Assembly: GCF_009914755.1 (NCBI RefSeq)
Contig: NC_060926.1
Source: the human T2T-CHM13v2.0 reference genome, Homo sapiens
Direction: 5' to 3' (one strand)
Length of the DNA: 64,000 nucleotides
Shown: positions 12,501 through 28,895 of the stretch, in pieces
How the letters are laid out: the number at the start of each line of letters is the position of its first letter
How positions within the stretch are numbered: position 1 is the stretch's first letter
The notes under the pieces: generated by a model
The model's input: only the letters and a program-made list of their open reading frames with translations
The model's database searches: none
What the model was told of the DNA's origin: nothing
Made by a program: the position numbers and the translations under genes

Positions 12501-12915
12501 GGTGATGGCACTGGTGCTGGTCTGCTCTGGGATTAAAGGCTTGTAGTCCCCTTGGACTTGATAGTTGCCCCTGCAAAATGTCTGGATGGCTCTCTCCCTC
12601 AGTTTGGAAGCACAGCTGGGGGCCAGGCAGATTTTCCTACTCCCAGTCTTGTACAGGTCTCTGCGGAGAGCATGAATCTCCTGGGGAGCTCTCACTCTCT
12701 CACCCTTTCCCATTTTTGTAGAGGTTCTTCTGCGCCACATTGATCCCAGACAGATAGCTTTGCTCCTCTCTGTTCTCTGTGTTCTCCTGCTGCCTTCATG
12801 GATCCCAGCATGGTTTCTCAGATGATTGGCCTGCAGGGTCAGTGTTGACTAGCCTTTTAGTTCCTCTCTGTGAGAGCAGCACATACAAGCTGCTTCTCGT
12901 CTGCCATCTTGGCCC
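9552..12915 (-). mobile_element. Second old primate L1 (L1PA13-16/L1PB-type): long 5'UTR, decayed ORF1, first ~350 bp of ORF2
   Basis: 5' end gggccAAGATGGC (YY1 motif, minus strand 12903-12915); ORF1 C-terminus in ORF 9969-10184 (RISYPAQPSFISEGEIRSFSNKQML); ORF2 5' segment 9553-9900. Confidence 0.85.
11265..12420. repeat. About 8 degenerate ~140-bp tandem monomers in L1 5'UTR
   Basis: Anchor 'ggtgtttcc.ggg.caacagga' recurs near 11406, 11548, 11689, 11821, 11963, 12106, 12254 (spacing 132-148). Confidence 0.8.
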
Positions 12916-13662
12916 TATCCCTCATCTTTATTTTCATTTCCTTTGGCCTAGGTAACTTTTTTTGGTACTTTTTCATTTTGCTTTGCTTTGCTTTGCTTTG
13001 TTTACTCTCAATCTTTGTATCTCCTTAGAAGTTTAGTGTGCCTCGTGTAAAAATCATATAGCTGAATTTGTTTCTTTTTAGCCAAACTGAAAAATCTTTG
13101 TCTTTTATGTCTTTTAGCTTCCACTTTAGTCTATTTGTGTTTGTTGGATTTGTTCATATGTTTGTATTTCTATCTAAAAACTTATTTTTAAAATTCATTT
13201 TCTATTTGTATCATTTATTCTAGTGCTTTTTTCCTCCTTTCCTATTTTCTTTTAGATATATTAGATGTTTATAATTGTAAGTTTTTCTTACCCATTTCTT
13301 TTTTTCTTATACTGGTTTGGAAGTCATATGCTCTATTACTATTCTTATAGTGCTCACTCTTAACATTTTACCATGCTGACTGAATTTAGTAAAGCCTAAA
13401 TTGATCAAGGTTTTACTTCTCTTCTTAATAGCACATGAACTTTATTAATACTATATCATTATTGTTTTGTTATTTTTATTTTTACAAGCATTTTTGTTTT
13501 ATTTTTGCAAGCATTTTATTTATCTACACAAATATTTCTATATACTTACATGTTTACCAAATTGTTTGCTCACTATTTCTTCCCTTTCAGATCTTTTGTC
13601 CCTAAAATATATCCTTAGAAATTTCTGTAGGAGAGGACTGCTTTGTTTAGTTGGAACATTAA

Positions 13663-14007
<345 letters not shown>

Positions 14008-14559
14008 TGATAATTCCAGAGTAACATTATTTTCTATTAGCTCTTTGAAGAAATTTCACCCCTGTGACTTATTTTCTCTGTGATGTTGTTTAAGTGTTTT
14101 AGAGATAATGTAGTCATCTTATGAGTCATAGTGAAGATCAAATATATATAAAGAGCTTATTAGTGTTTCTAACACATATTTATCACTATATAAATAAATA
14201 ACCTTATTTTTCTTTTTTCCCTCCTTTTTTTCTTATAATTCTTATTATTGCCAATGCTGCTCAGCAATTCACTAAAATGCATCTAAGTAAAAATTTCTTT
14301 TTATTGACACCACTGTTTATCCTGTTTGGTATACATTTTTCTTTCCAAACATGTGGTTCTAGGTCTTAAATTTTCTAGTTTCTGTACATTCTCAACCCTT
14401 AATTCTTTGAATGTTACATCTATCTTTTATTTCCATTCTCTTCTGGAATTTTGATTAGGAAAATATACTTTTTTATTGTATCCTTTATAATTTTAACCAC
14501 CTATACTGTGTTCAGTTCCTCATCTGTCTATAGTTGGGATAATTTTTTCAAATATGTAC

Positions 14560-14835
14560 TTTATTTATTTTTATTTTTTATTTCCATAGGTTTTTGCGGA
14601 ACAGGTGGTGTTTGGTTACACGAGTAAGTTCTTTAGTGGTGATTTCTGAGATTTTGGTGCACCCATCACCCAAGCAGTATGCACTTTACCCAATCTGTAG
14701 TCTTTTACCCCTCGCCCCCCTTCCATTCCACCCTTTCCTCCAAGTCCCCAAAGTCCATTGTATCATTCTTATGCCTTTGCAGCCTCGTAGCTTAACTCCC
14801 ACCTGTGAGTGAGAACATATCATGTTTTTCATTTT
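14560..14835 (-). mobile_element. L1PB-type 3' end fragment
   Basis: 'ggtgtttggttacacgagtaagttctttagtggtgatttctgagattttggtgcacccatcacc'. Confidence 0.8.
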
Positions 14836-15254
14836 TTTTCCGGATTTATTTCCCAATTCATTTACTCTGAATTTTGCTGTTTCTCATATGCTATTTAACC
14901 CATCCATTGATTTCTTAATTTCAATAATTTTATTTTTAAAATTTCTAAATATATATTTTTTTCAGATTTGCAGATTCATGTTATAACCTTACGTCGTTTG
15001 ATCTTTTTATTGTAGCTGTTATTTCCTTATATACTTTACTTATAGTTATATTTTGTACCCTTTAATTATAACAACTAGTGTCCTTCAGGGTATTTGTTAA
15101 TTTTATTAGCTCATCCTCAGTCATGGCTTCTTATTTCCCATTATGTGTTTGAGAATAATTTTGTAAGCTCATACTTGGTTGAATTTTATTTGCAGAATTT
15201 TGAGTAGCTAATTTCTAATAACTTGGGCTGTATACCAACAGCGTGGATCTACAT

Positions 15255-15631
15255 TATTAGTCAGCTCAGTCTGCCATAACAAAATAACAGAGACTGGGTA
15301 GCTCAAATAACAGAAATTAATTTCTCACACTCCTGGAGCCTAGAAGTCTAAGACCAGAGTGCCAGCCTGATCAGGTTCTGGTGAGGGCCCCCTTCTTGCC
15401 TTGTAAATGGCTGCCTTCTTGCTGTGTCCTCACAATGCAGGGAGCGAGTTAACTCCAGTCTCTTTCTCTGATTATAAAGGCACTAATCGTATTACAGGGT
15501 TCCTGTGCTCATGACCTTGTCTAAACCTAGTTATTTCTCAGAGGCCCTACCTCCGAATACTGCCACATTGGAATTAGGGCATCAATGTACGGATCTGGGA
15601 AAGGAGTGGCACAGTCAGTCAGTCCATAACA
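15255..15631 (-). mobile_element. MLT1A-type MaLR solo LTR
   Basis: 'ctgccataacaaaataacagagactggg...ttctggtgagggcc...ccataaca'. Confidence 0.78.
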
Positions 15632-16396
15632 TTCACTTGTGCTCTTTTTGAGAGCTTTGGTTCCTTCTATTTGTGTGGAGCCCAGGGAAACTCTGATCTT
15701 TTGCATCTCTTAAAACACACTTTTTTGATTTTAGTGTACCATTCTTTTTCTCTCTCTTGATTTCTCTCAGCCCTCAGAAATGGCCTTTATTTTTTCATGA
15801 ACCAAAGTTATACAGTTTTCCATATTTCAGGCCATGTTTTTGAAAGGCAAAACCATTTCAAAAGAATGTTCAGAAATTTATATTTGATATATTTTGGATT
15901 TAGTATATGAGCTCTGACTCTATATATTAAAAACTTATGGGAATATTGTTTATATTTATTGTTGACTAAATATCAGTTGCAGCACTCACAAAGAAATAAT
16001 ACTGCTTCATTCTAGTTGTAATTATTCCAGTGTGATTTGTTTTTTTTGCCTGGCACATGGTTTAAAACACAAAATAAGCATATAAAACTTATATGAGAGG
16101 GTTTTTCAGCCACAGGCAGAAACATACCACAATAATTTTTATCCTATGCTAAGATTTTGGTCCATAATAACATGATACCCATTGGAAAGATAGATTTGAG
16201 AAAGAAGCATGCTTAAATAATTTTTAAATTTTTTTACATGCATGTTTTTGGATAAGTGTATTGTTCAATCTTTAATATTAAAAACTAAAATTCTGAATGA
16301 CAAACATATGTGCAAACAAACAATTGTGGCAAAAACAGTTTTTGTTGGTGAAGGGACTAGCTGCCATTTGGTGATTTTTCAGATAGTCAAATTTGA

Positions 16397-16723
<327 letters not shown>

Positions 16724-17234
16724 CCTTGGATATTCTTTTCTAACTCAAATGAGAATATCCTCATTATATAATCCACCTTCTCTCCAGAAACTTCAAGCTC
16801 TTTCTCTCTAATGGTGGCTGTTTCTACGCTGCAGATAGAAATTACATTTCCCTCTTAGCTGAAAAATACCCAAGCCTATGAGCAAGAAAACAAAATATTT
16901 TTTGATTCTACTATTCCCTCTGTCAGAGATGCCAGAAACTTTTTCTTCTTCATTTATAGCATAATTTCATTCATGCTTGCATGCATTTCTATATTTACTT
17001 ACTCTAAAGCATTTACTAAGCACTTTAATTGGTCAGTCATGAGGCTTGGCGCCGTAGAAACAGAGATGAAATGCAATTCTCCATCATAAAACAGTCTGGC
17101 AGGGAGGAGGAGGATAAATAAGTGGTATATTACAATTCGGTGAGAGAAAGTACCTAAGAGAACACATTTAAAAAGCATGCAATGCAGAAGGATGTGTAGA
17201 AGATGATGGAAGTAAAATTTTCTTGCAGCTGATG

Positions 17235-17236
<2 letters not shown>

Positions 17237-17265
<29 letters not shown>
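17237..17265. repeat. (CA)n microsatellite
   Basis: Direct read. Confidence 0.95.
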
Positions 17266-17268
<3 letters not shown>

Positions 17269-17298
17269 CCAACTAGATGTTTCTGTTGGTGTCATTGA

Positions 17299-17655
<357 letters not shown>

Positions 17656-18279
17656 TAGCTTTTGTGTCCACCACTTGGAAGCCACTGCTTTAAGATCTAC
17701 TGATTACCGAAATGCAAAATTGAATGAGTCATGCTCAACCACCCAGCACTTAAACATCTCTTTGATCTCTCATGATCTAACTCAAAGGTATCTCATTCCT
17801 GATTCACTTCTTCCTTCATCCAAACTGCACTCCTGAAGCATTTAATTAATCTAAACATAAGCAATGCTGACTTACTGTTTCATATTGTATTATGTTTTTG
17901 AAACTGATTTAGCCCATGTCTGAATCTTTATTGTTCTGAAGCCCGATCATCCACAGAGCCTAATATATACAACGCTGAACCAAACAAACACATGATAACA
18001 AAAACACTAATTTAGTGAATTAATCTAGAAGAATCTAGCAGAATTAATCTAGAAACTGCACAGCAGCAGTTTCTCTCTTCAGCTTGAATTACTAAGCAAT
18101 TCAAGTTAGCAATTGTGTAGACCCAAATAAGATAATAATATTTAGTCATTTAGATATGCCACTACAAGTAAAAATAAATCAGATACATACACATACACAC
18201 AAATTACTCATAGAATGCAGTATTCATAAAAATTATGTTACTTTTTAAACAAGCTGTCTTTTTATGTTTTTGCAAATAG

Positions 18280-18465
18280 TGGCGACAAATTGGCTACTTC
18301 AAGTGGTGACACTACAGTTAAATTATGGGATCTATGTAAAGGCGATTGCATTTTGACCTTTGAAGGACACAGCCGCGCAGTGTGGTCCTGCACATGGCAC
18401 TCCTGCGGCAATTTTGTGGCTTCCTCCTCACTGGATAAAACTAGCAAAATTTGGGATGTTAATAG
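18280..18465 (+). CDS. SPAG16: Internal coding exon (186 nt, phase 2-2) of SPAG16/PF20 encoding about 1.5 WD40 repeats
   Basis: Polypyrimidine tract and tgcaaatAG at 18271-18279; donor AG|GTAAGA at 18466. Translation (S)GDKLATSSGDTTVKLWDLCKGDCILTFEGHSRAVWSCTWHSCGNFVASSSLDKTSKIWDVN(S) has GH..WD motifs, no stop, and matches my recollection of human SPAG16. Exon number (about 12) is recalled, not verified. Confidence 0.93.
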
Positions 18466-19094
18466 GTAAGAAGTACTTTAAACATTACTAATCCTCTGTG
18501 CTGATACATATACGTGGGTAAAGTGGTAAAGTTCTTTTTTTTTTTTCCTTGATGCTACCCCAGGGAAACATTAAAAGAAACTGTTAGTTGATAAGATTAT
18601 AGAGAGCTACTTAAATAATCTTTGTGAAATCCATTTCTAACTCCATTAATCTTTGTTGATTAATAATTTCTTTCTAAATGTAAGTATCAAGATCAAGCCT
18701 ATGTAATAAGATTAGAATTGCTTCATTGGAAAGCTGTTTGTTTCAAGCAGGATAGAAACAAATACTTCTTTTAAAGAGTTGGATTTTTAGTTCCGCTTTC
18801 CACAGGCTTGTTATTGCTCTGTACTATTAAATGTAATAGTTCAACGAACGTAAATATAACAGAAATAATTATTTTCTTTATGCTTAATTTGTTATGTCGT
18901 GATATTCTTGATTAAATGTTTCTTGTCGATTCACAAATTGTAGGAAATAGTATACTGTATTGTATGTAAAATCCTATACATATCATGTGGATTTGGAAGT
19001 TTTATGTTTTGATTTTAATTCAAGGTAGACAAATTCATTATGTTTCAAATATTGAAATTACTATCACCCATATATTTTTGGATGCTCATTACCT

Positions 19095-19542
19095 TCTGTT
19101 AGGTTTGCAGATATGATACAAAGAGGTAAATTTAGCTACTATCAAATATGCTAATTCCTTCAGCTAAGGGGTTATATATCATCCATCAAACTTTCTCAGT
19201 AGTCTGTGGTCCTAGCTCTGGAAGGACCTCCATCCACCAGAGGAACACCCATAACAGCAGAGAAGTGCCCTCTCCTCGGAGGACTGAGGTTCCGTTTTGA
19301 AGGTCCTCCCTTCAAGGGTCTAAGTTTTAATATTCTACCTTATTCCCTGTGTTCGCTCAGTCCTAGGGGTGGTAGCTCTTTCTTGAAGTTGTTATCTCCA
19401 TGATATTTTAATGTTCTCTTTTCCCTTTTTTAGTTACTTAGTTAGCAACTTTATTCAGTTTTTACCATCCTGCATGTGAAATTATTATTGTTACAATGAT
19501 AGGTGCAAGTTCCGTTTCCTGACAAGTCCTTGAAAGATCCAG
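19095..19542 (+). mobile_element. Old ERVL solo LTR (LTR33/LTR41-like)
   Basis: 'cctaggggtggtagctctttcttgaagttgttatctcc...ttagttacttagttagcaactttat' resembles recalled consensus. Confidence 0.5.
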
Positions 19543-20469
19543 GGCATTAGTGGATAAGGAGCATAACCCACCTGAGTTATAAAGCTATAGCTAAATAAAA
19601 TTAGCCTGCCCCATAGGAGAAAACATGACTGTGAATAACATATTTTAGACCTATGTCTATCTGAAATAGTGACAATTTCAGATAGCTTTTAATTCTCAGA
19701 TGGGTACTTACTATTTATCTGGAATATCCAATCATTTATAATTCTTTATTATATTTCTATAATGTGTGACTGGATTTCATAAATATTTTTATAATAGATT
19801 AATGGAATTTTAGCACTAGTATTTAATTTGAATTTTGTATCACTTTTGACTTGGTTGAGGATCGTAATAGAAAACAGTGATCTTTTCTAAAATGTAATAT
19901 GTCTTTAGAACTCTTAACTACCCAGGGTGTTTAAAAGCAAACTATGGTTAAAAAACTCAGTAGTCTCAGCCCTACTTGGAATGATTTCAAACACTTTGAC
20001 TTGACAACTTTTCTTTATGACCCTGGTATCTAAATACTGACTTCCAATTGGTGCCCAGTAAATCTTGATATTACAGATCAAAATTGCTTCTGATTGATGC
20101 CAAAATTCTTTAAACTTCAAGTTTCCCATCACTGTCAAGAGTTCACTTTCATCATCAAGGACAAAATAAATTGTACTAATTTTGGCATTGAGGTGGTGGA
20201 TAAGTATTGACAAATAAAGTAGAAATTGATTGTTTCTATAGTGGCTATTGATATACCTTTCAGAGTCACAATCAAAGTACCAAGCTCTAATTTATAATTA
20301 CTCTCAGATCAATACAATATAGATATGTCTAAAACTAGTGTCTTTCTTCAAAATTTCATAGATTACTTGAACTGGCTTAGTTACTTAAGGCAAGAGATTA
20401 TTTGCCTTGGTAAGATGGATGGTGCTGGAGCTATGTATGCTGTGTCATATATTCTTGGCTTGATACTGC

Positions 20470-20503
<34 letters not shown>

Positions 20504-20806
20504 TTGTTGTTGTTGTTGTTGTTGTTGTTTTTAAGACTGAATCTTGTTCTGTCACCCAGGCTAGAGTGCAGTGGCACAATCTCAGCTCACTGCTCTGCAA
20601 CCTCTGCTTTCTGGGTTCAAGCAGTTAACCTGCCTCAGCCTCCCGAGTAGCTGGGACTATAGGCACGTGCCACCACACCTGGCTAATTTTTGTATTTTTA
20701 GTAGAGACGGGGTTTCACCATGTTGGCCAGGCTGGTCTCAAGCTTCTAAGTGTTTGAGAAACTCCCAAAGTGCTGGGGTTACAGGCGTGAACCACTGCGC
20801 CTGGCC
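20470..20806 (-). mobile_element. AluS with (TA)n(TTG)n tail and rearranged left-arm segment
   Basis: Alu dimer; TSD at(a/g)ctgcata. Confidence 0.92.
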
Positions 20807-21248
20807 ATGCTGCATAGTTCTTAATAAATACCAAATTTATATTGGTAGACAGTATTAGTCACCAGAGAAGGAAGAGTTTAGAATACATTCTTCTCTTTTC
20901 ACACCCGTCCTTTCCTTCAAGCTTCTGGCTCAGTCTTGAACAGCCTTGATTGGTGTTCTATCTCTAGCTCTGCAGCTGTTTCTGAATTGGGCAATACTTG
21001 GTAAGACCATCCATTTAGTTCCTCACCAAAAAGTTGGATCACTGTGAAGCATCAACAATATAGAAAATTTCAGATCAAGATTCATATTTACTGAGTGCTA
21101 ATCAGAATCTATGAACAATTATCTATGACAGTCAGTCTGAATAATTCCATACTCTACAAGGTTTCTGTGAATAATTAACAGTAGCTTTTTTATTATCTTC
21201 TGAATGATCAGGTATATAAATTGTTATGTATTTCACTTAATGGTTGTT

Positions 21249-21253
<5 letters not shown>

Positions 21254-21293
<40 letters not shown>
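21254..21293. repeat. (CA)n microsatellite, about 20 units
   Basis: Direct read. Confidence 0.95.
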
Positions 21294-21294
<1 letters not shown>

Positions 21295-21789
21295 AGTGTA
21301 ACCCAGAGAGTGCTTGGCACATGGTGGTTTACTTACATAAATGAATAAAGAGTGATTCAACAAGTAAATATGGCAAAAGTATTCTAAATATTCTCCCTGA
21401 CCCATCCACATTTAAACTACAATATAATTATGCTGTCTTATCCTACACAAATCAATAAAATGATGAAAATGGGGTAGAAAAATCAGAAAATAGCTATAAA
21501 AAATAATTTGTATTTCTTTAGAGGCATTTAGAGGCATTTGTATATAACATTAAGCAGTAAGTATTCATGAAATGACTTAACAATGTTGGTCTGTGTTATA
21601 GATCTAAGACAATTCTCATACTCAACCATTGCCTTCAATGAGATTACAAGTAATTTAAAATGCAGCAATTTTAAAGCAATAAGGGAATATGCAATGCATC
21701 TACCATTTATATTTATAATATCAGATCAGGTATTCTAGTTGACTCCTGGCTGCTTTTCTTCCAAGGTAGCTGGGTATTTGACTGAGCAG

Positions 21790-23595
<1,806 letters not shown>

Positions 23596-24089
23596 TAGGC
23601 ACCCATGAATACTTTTCAGGTGATATGTTTTTCCCTCATGACATATTATTAAGGCAACCAAGACAAGCTCTGAAGTGTTCTCAAATTATTTGAAGGAGTA
23701 GTAATGGAAATTTTCTGCTGATAATAGATGGCTAGTCTACTCCCTCTTTTTTCTTCCCTTGCCCCTTCTTTCTTCCCATCTTTATTGTCTATCGCAATGC
23801 TGTTGGAGTCCATGAAATCCTGCTTGCCAATAGCAACATATGCAAGTTAGTTTGCATGGAGGTAATGCTTGTAAGACTAGTTATAAATTATAAAAACATG
23901 CAACTGTTGTAAGTGTCTCCATTAGTAGGACACTGTTTCAATAATGAGGATTTCACTGAAATAATGAAAAACGCCAAGGATTTAAATTTTATGTTAGCAT
24001 TGACCACATTTACTGATAGGAATGAGTTTTGCTCATTGTAGTTAAGCTGATGGAATAAAAACAGTACCTTCCACATGGTTGACCTCACA

Positions 24090-24950
24090 GGTTTATTTAT
24101 TTGCTTATAGATCCAACAAATATGCATTGAGCACTTACTTCGTTCTATGCCTTATTCTAGTTACTAAGCTATAATAGTGAAAAACTTCTGCCCTTATGTC
24201 ATTGGCATTCTTTCAGGAGGCAGAAAATAAGCCAAATGAAAAATGATAATAATTAATAATTACATATAATATTTAGAGATGACAAATTTTGTAGAGGAAA
24301 ACTAGAGCACAGGTGAAAAGGGATAGCAGGCATTGGAAAGGGTTGCAATTTTAAACAGGAAGGTCGAGAAAATTCTTGTTATAAAGTTGACATTTGGATA
24401 ACCTGAATAAGGTGAATCAGCAAGCCAAGCAGATACTTGGGAGGAGAATATTCCAAGCTCTTCTGATCAGGAAGCTTTCCTATGGTGGTAGCATGACCCA
24501 TGTGACTGCTAAGCAGCAAAGAGGCCAGCATGACTGGAATAAAGTGAGCAGATGAGAGAATGGTAGGGGTAAGGTAGTTAAATGAGTATGTACATATAAT
24601 AGAGGGCCTTATAACCCCTGTCAATTACTTTGACCTTTATTCTCAATGAAATGGGAAACCATTAGTGGGTTTTGAGCAGAAGAGTCTCAATCTGTTTTAC
24701 ACTCTAATAAGATGACTCTGGCTACTGTTTTGAGATTAGATGGTGGCAGAGGTGGGGTGAAAGCTTAAAAGCAGGTAAAAGCAGAAAGACCAATTGGGGA
24801 ACTATTGTAGCAATCCAGGCCAAAGATGTAGAAGGTTTCAGCCATGAGAATAGTGAAAGTCATAAAAATTGTATTCTGGATAGATTTGAAAGATAAAGAC
24901 AACAGGAGTTTCTGAAGTACTGTGAATTGTGAGAGAAAGAGGAAACAAAT
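24090..24950 (-). mobile_element. L2 LINE 3' fragment
   Basis: 'caacaaatatgcattgagcacttact', 'gggttttgagcagaagag', 'actattgtagcaatccagg'. Confidence 0.75.
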
Positions 24951-27900
24951 GACCTGTTACATTTTCATACACCTGAAAGGCAAAGGCTCATTCTCCTTAT
25001 ACTGGGACACTAATATAAACATTATAAAAGGCTTTTCCAACCAGGTGTATCAGCTGGTGATCCAGAAGCCATGACAGAATGAGGAATGCCTTCTCATTGT
25101 TCATCTAACATTTCCATTAAAGAAAATGGAATGTTTCCCTTCTGCCCACTTCCTAGCATCACTTCCTTTTTATTTTAATAATTCTGTAGCCAATCATAAC
25201 CCCTGTGCTGGATGAGATGACAGAAACAGAAGTCTATTTGTAAAGAAAACAGATAAATTAAGAAAGAGGAAATATGAAATGTTAAGATTGTTATGATGAA
25301 TTACCTTCTGTTAATGATATATACTATTATTTTGAAGGGGAAGGCAAATAATGCATGAAAGTGGACTCTAAAATAAAAGAAATTTTCTTATTACAAAACC
25401 AATAATGATAAGATAGCACCAAACTAGTAATACAATGGAGTTTAGTATTTATAACACAAAATGTTCCGTTAATATATTTTATGTTCTTTATGTTTCATTT
25501 GCAAAGTTGGCTATGCTAGCAAAGGAGGATATATTGTATAATATTAATGGGTTTAAAACACGATAATGTAAGAAGAAGTATTAAGACTCAAGGGCATGGA
25601 TTATTGGTACATTAATACCCGTCTTATATTGCCAAGATCCCCACTTTGCCTTCTTATACTTGAAAGGGCACCCAAGGTATATATTAATAGACTGCCAAAG
25701 TAATGCTTAAAATATAATTATGTTACAGTATAAGAAATGGTAAGATACTTAAATTGACCTCTTGTGATCAATTTCTCCTGTTACACCAGGATAATTAATT
25801 ATTATATCTTCTTGGATTTTCAAGTACATTCAAATGAATTGTTTCCCCTTGACATATGGGCTTGAAATGATGTCTGAGTATTACGGAGCATAGACACATA
25901 AATAAGCACAAAAAAGTGAAGAAAACAGAATATAGCATGTATTTTTTTATTTTCCTTTCCCCCCCAAAAGTGCATAATTAATAAGCACTATTCAAGAAAT
26001 ATCTACCTTATGAAGAAAATTGTATTAAAGCCAAAGTTCAGATTTCATTTAGCAAGTTCTGTCATGTTTGAAAAATTGAGAATCTCTCACACATTCAATA
26101 TGGCTTTGTATGTGTGAAGAATGGCTCAAGTAAGTGTCCACTGCAATAAACTTGATGTGAATGTTCTTTGATACCAATATACATGGATCAATAATAAAAA
26201 AGGTAAATGTCATTAGGATTTTAAAATTCATCCCTATTCCTTTCTACAGCAAATGCTATTACATATCAATGAATTGTATAATTTGGATCTGACATGCTGT
26301 ATAATGTACACTTTCTGTTTGTTATCTCATACACCAAAAAAGCTATTTATTAGAAATAATTAGAATGAGTATAAATGAAACTAAAGATATTCTGATAAAA
26401 GCGAATATATATATATATATTTTATAACATGATACATTTCTGCTTTATTACTGCCAATCAAAGCAAGAACTTTACCATGTTAAATATGCAACACCTTTTC
26501 TCCAACTCTGCACAAAATAATCTGGTCAATGCATAAGTCTTAGTCCTCCTCAATGCTGATGACTAAAAGGGTTTAGTATATTTCTACACTAATGTATGGT
26601 AAAATAAAATGATATGTAGCCATAGTCCATCTGAGGTAAAAAATGAAAATCACGTTTGTTTTATATTTAAGATTTACTTGTACATGTATGTGTGTGTGTG
26701 TATTCTCACACATTTATGTATATATACTTATTTGTATTGATGAAGTGAGTTTATTCAGCTCAAAATTAATTTTAGAGTGGCAAAAACTGTAATTATTTGA
26801 CTATCTTAAATATTTTAAATTTCAATCAAAATATTTATTTATGTGTTATCTATGACTCCAAAACCAAGCTTGTTTTAAAACCATTTATTTCAGACAACAA
26901 CCACTATTATTATATCCCTAAAACATTGTTTTTGGAATTATTAAAATAATTTTAATTTAAATAAAAATTTAAGATTTGATTCAATTACTGTGGAAACAAA
27001 TCAAATGTCCAAGGACATCAAATCAAAATAAAAGAAGTAAACTGGTTACTAAATATAAAAAATGGCAAGCAATACAATTTTGGCAGCATTTAACTAAATA
27101 TTTTCTTATTGTTAAACTTACTGTTATATGGAAAATCATTTCTATTTAGATAATAAAGATGAGGTTTTTTTTTCTCTTAAAGGACTAGGAAATATAATTT
27201 TGATAGAAAATTTAAGTAATGTTTCCTCCCATTGTCTGACATGAGTTTATGCAAAATCCTAACACTTATCAAAGAGAGCAGAACTTGTTAACTTGTGTTC
27301 TGGGTAAAAAGACCATACCATCTTCAGTCAAGGAACCATGGAATAATCTTTGGTCTCCACACAATCTAGAATGAGCCATGAGGGAAGAAATACCTCCAGC
27401 AGAATTCCACCTTCTAGAAAAATATCCCTTCCTGATTTTTTCCATACTTTTATCCTTCACTAGATTTGACAACTAATTACTAAAAATCACTCCTACTTAG
27501 AAACTGATTATTTATTTATCTAATATTTACCAACTATGTACCAAGTCATATAGCTGGAGCTGGGGATATAGCACTGAATGGAATGGTCCAGACCCTTGCC
27601 CTTGTGGAGCTTACATTACAGAAAAAAGTGTCACTGGTTACCTGTGCCTTATAAATCATTAGACAAGCTCCCTGACTTGGTCATTGATCAAAAGATTAAT
27701 TCCTTTCTGCTAGAGATGACAAGGGGGTATCACTGAGAGTGACTGTCTTTCTCAGATGTCATGTGTGAATCCTAGTTCTCTATTAACGGAAAGAATTAAA
27801 AACCTTCAGAGTAATAAGCCACCAATGAGGTGAACCTTAAAAATGGTGCCAAGCCTTCTTATCTTTACAAAGATGATTTTTGTTTTCACTTGCATTAGGA

Positions 27901-28601
27901 TTCTTTTCAGGTACCTGTCACACATAAACCACCCAATTAAGATCATTTGAAGCGGTTTTCACATGAAAAGAAAACTTTCCTGTGATGGTTCTATTTCAGT
28001 TTATTTTGGGGTTATTGTGTCAGTTTGCTTTTTGTTTTAAGTAAGGAAGAAAATAGTGAATTTTAGAAAAGTATACATTAGCAAGAATCAATATAAAATG
28101 CTATTCAAGCAATAACAAATAGAGATAATATACAAAGATGTGCTGTATCTCAACCTGTTTATGTTCAAAATTTTTATCTCTGGGTAGTAAAAATTATGTC
28201 TTATATATGCAGACAAATTCAGAGGGATCCAAAAATAGTGTTTTCTTCTTTAATGTTGAAGATGTAGAGTGACATAGTTGTTTTTCATATTTCGTTTCAA
28301 TACATGTCCTAGTAAAATTTCTTATCTACAAATTCAAGGCATACACCTACTGTTGAAAATTTATGGTAATTACATAAATATGCATTTGAAAAGGTACAAA
28401 ATTTTAAACTAGAAACACAAAACATATAATTATATAACAGCCATAACTACCATTAAAAAAGTGAGCATTTAACTTTTTAAAATTAGCTGTGCTAAAATAT
28501 CTGACAAGTTTATGAAAACCTGATGGTTCCAATTTTAGAGGTGACATATAATTTATTTCATTGCATATTTTTCTAGCTATTTTGTGAAAATGTTTAAAAA
28601 G

Positions 28602-28895
28602 TTTTTTTAGAGATGACATCTTGCTGTGTTGCCTGGGCTGGAGTGGTACAATCATAGCTCACTGTAGCCTGGAACTCTTGGTCTCAAGCAATCCTCCTGC
28701 CTCAGCCTCCTGAGTAGCTGAGAGTACAGGCAGGCACAACTACATCTGGATAATTATATATTTATTTTTATTTTTTAGGAATAGCGTTCTCCTTATGTTG
28801 CCCAAGCTGGTGTCCAATCACTGGCCCCAATTGATCCTCCTGCCTTATTCTCTAGAGTAGAGAGAATTACAGGTATGAGCCACCTGCTTCTGGCC
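28602..28895 (-). mobile_element. AluJ
   Basis: 'atcatagctcactgtagcctggaactc', 'ctcaagcaatcctcctgcc'. Confidence 0.9.

Noticed and set aside
18262-18447. 61-aa minus-strand ORF
   Set aside because: Antisense shadow of the real + strand SPAG16 exon
24950-28600. Repeat-poor stretch as a possible additional exon or conserved element (also 37780-38900 and 54640-56350)
   Set aside because: No WD40-encoding or splice-bounded frame found by eye; conservation cannot be judged without alignments
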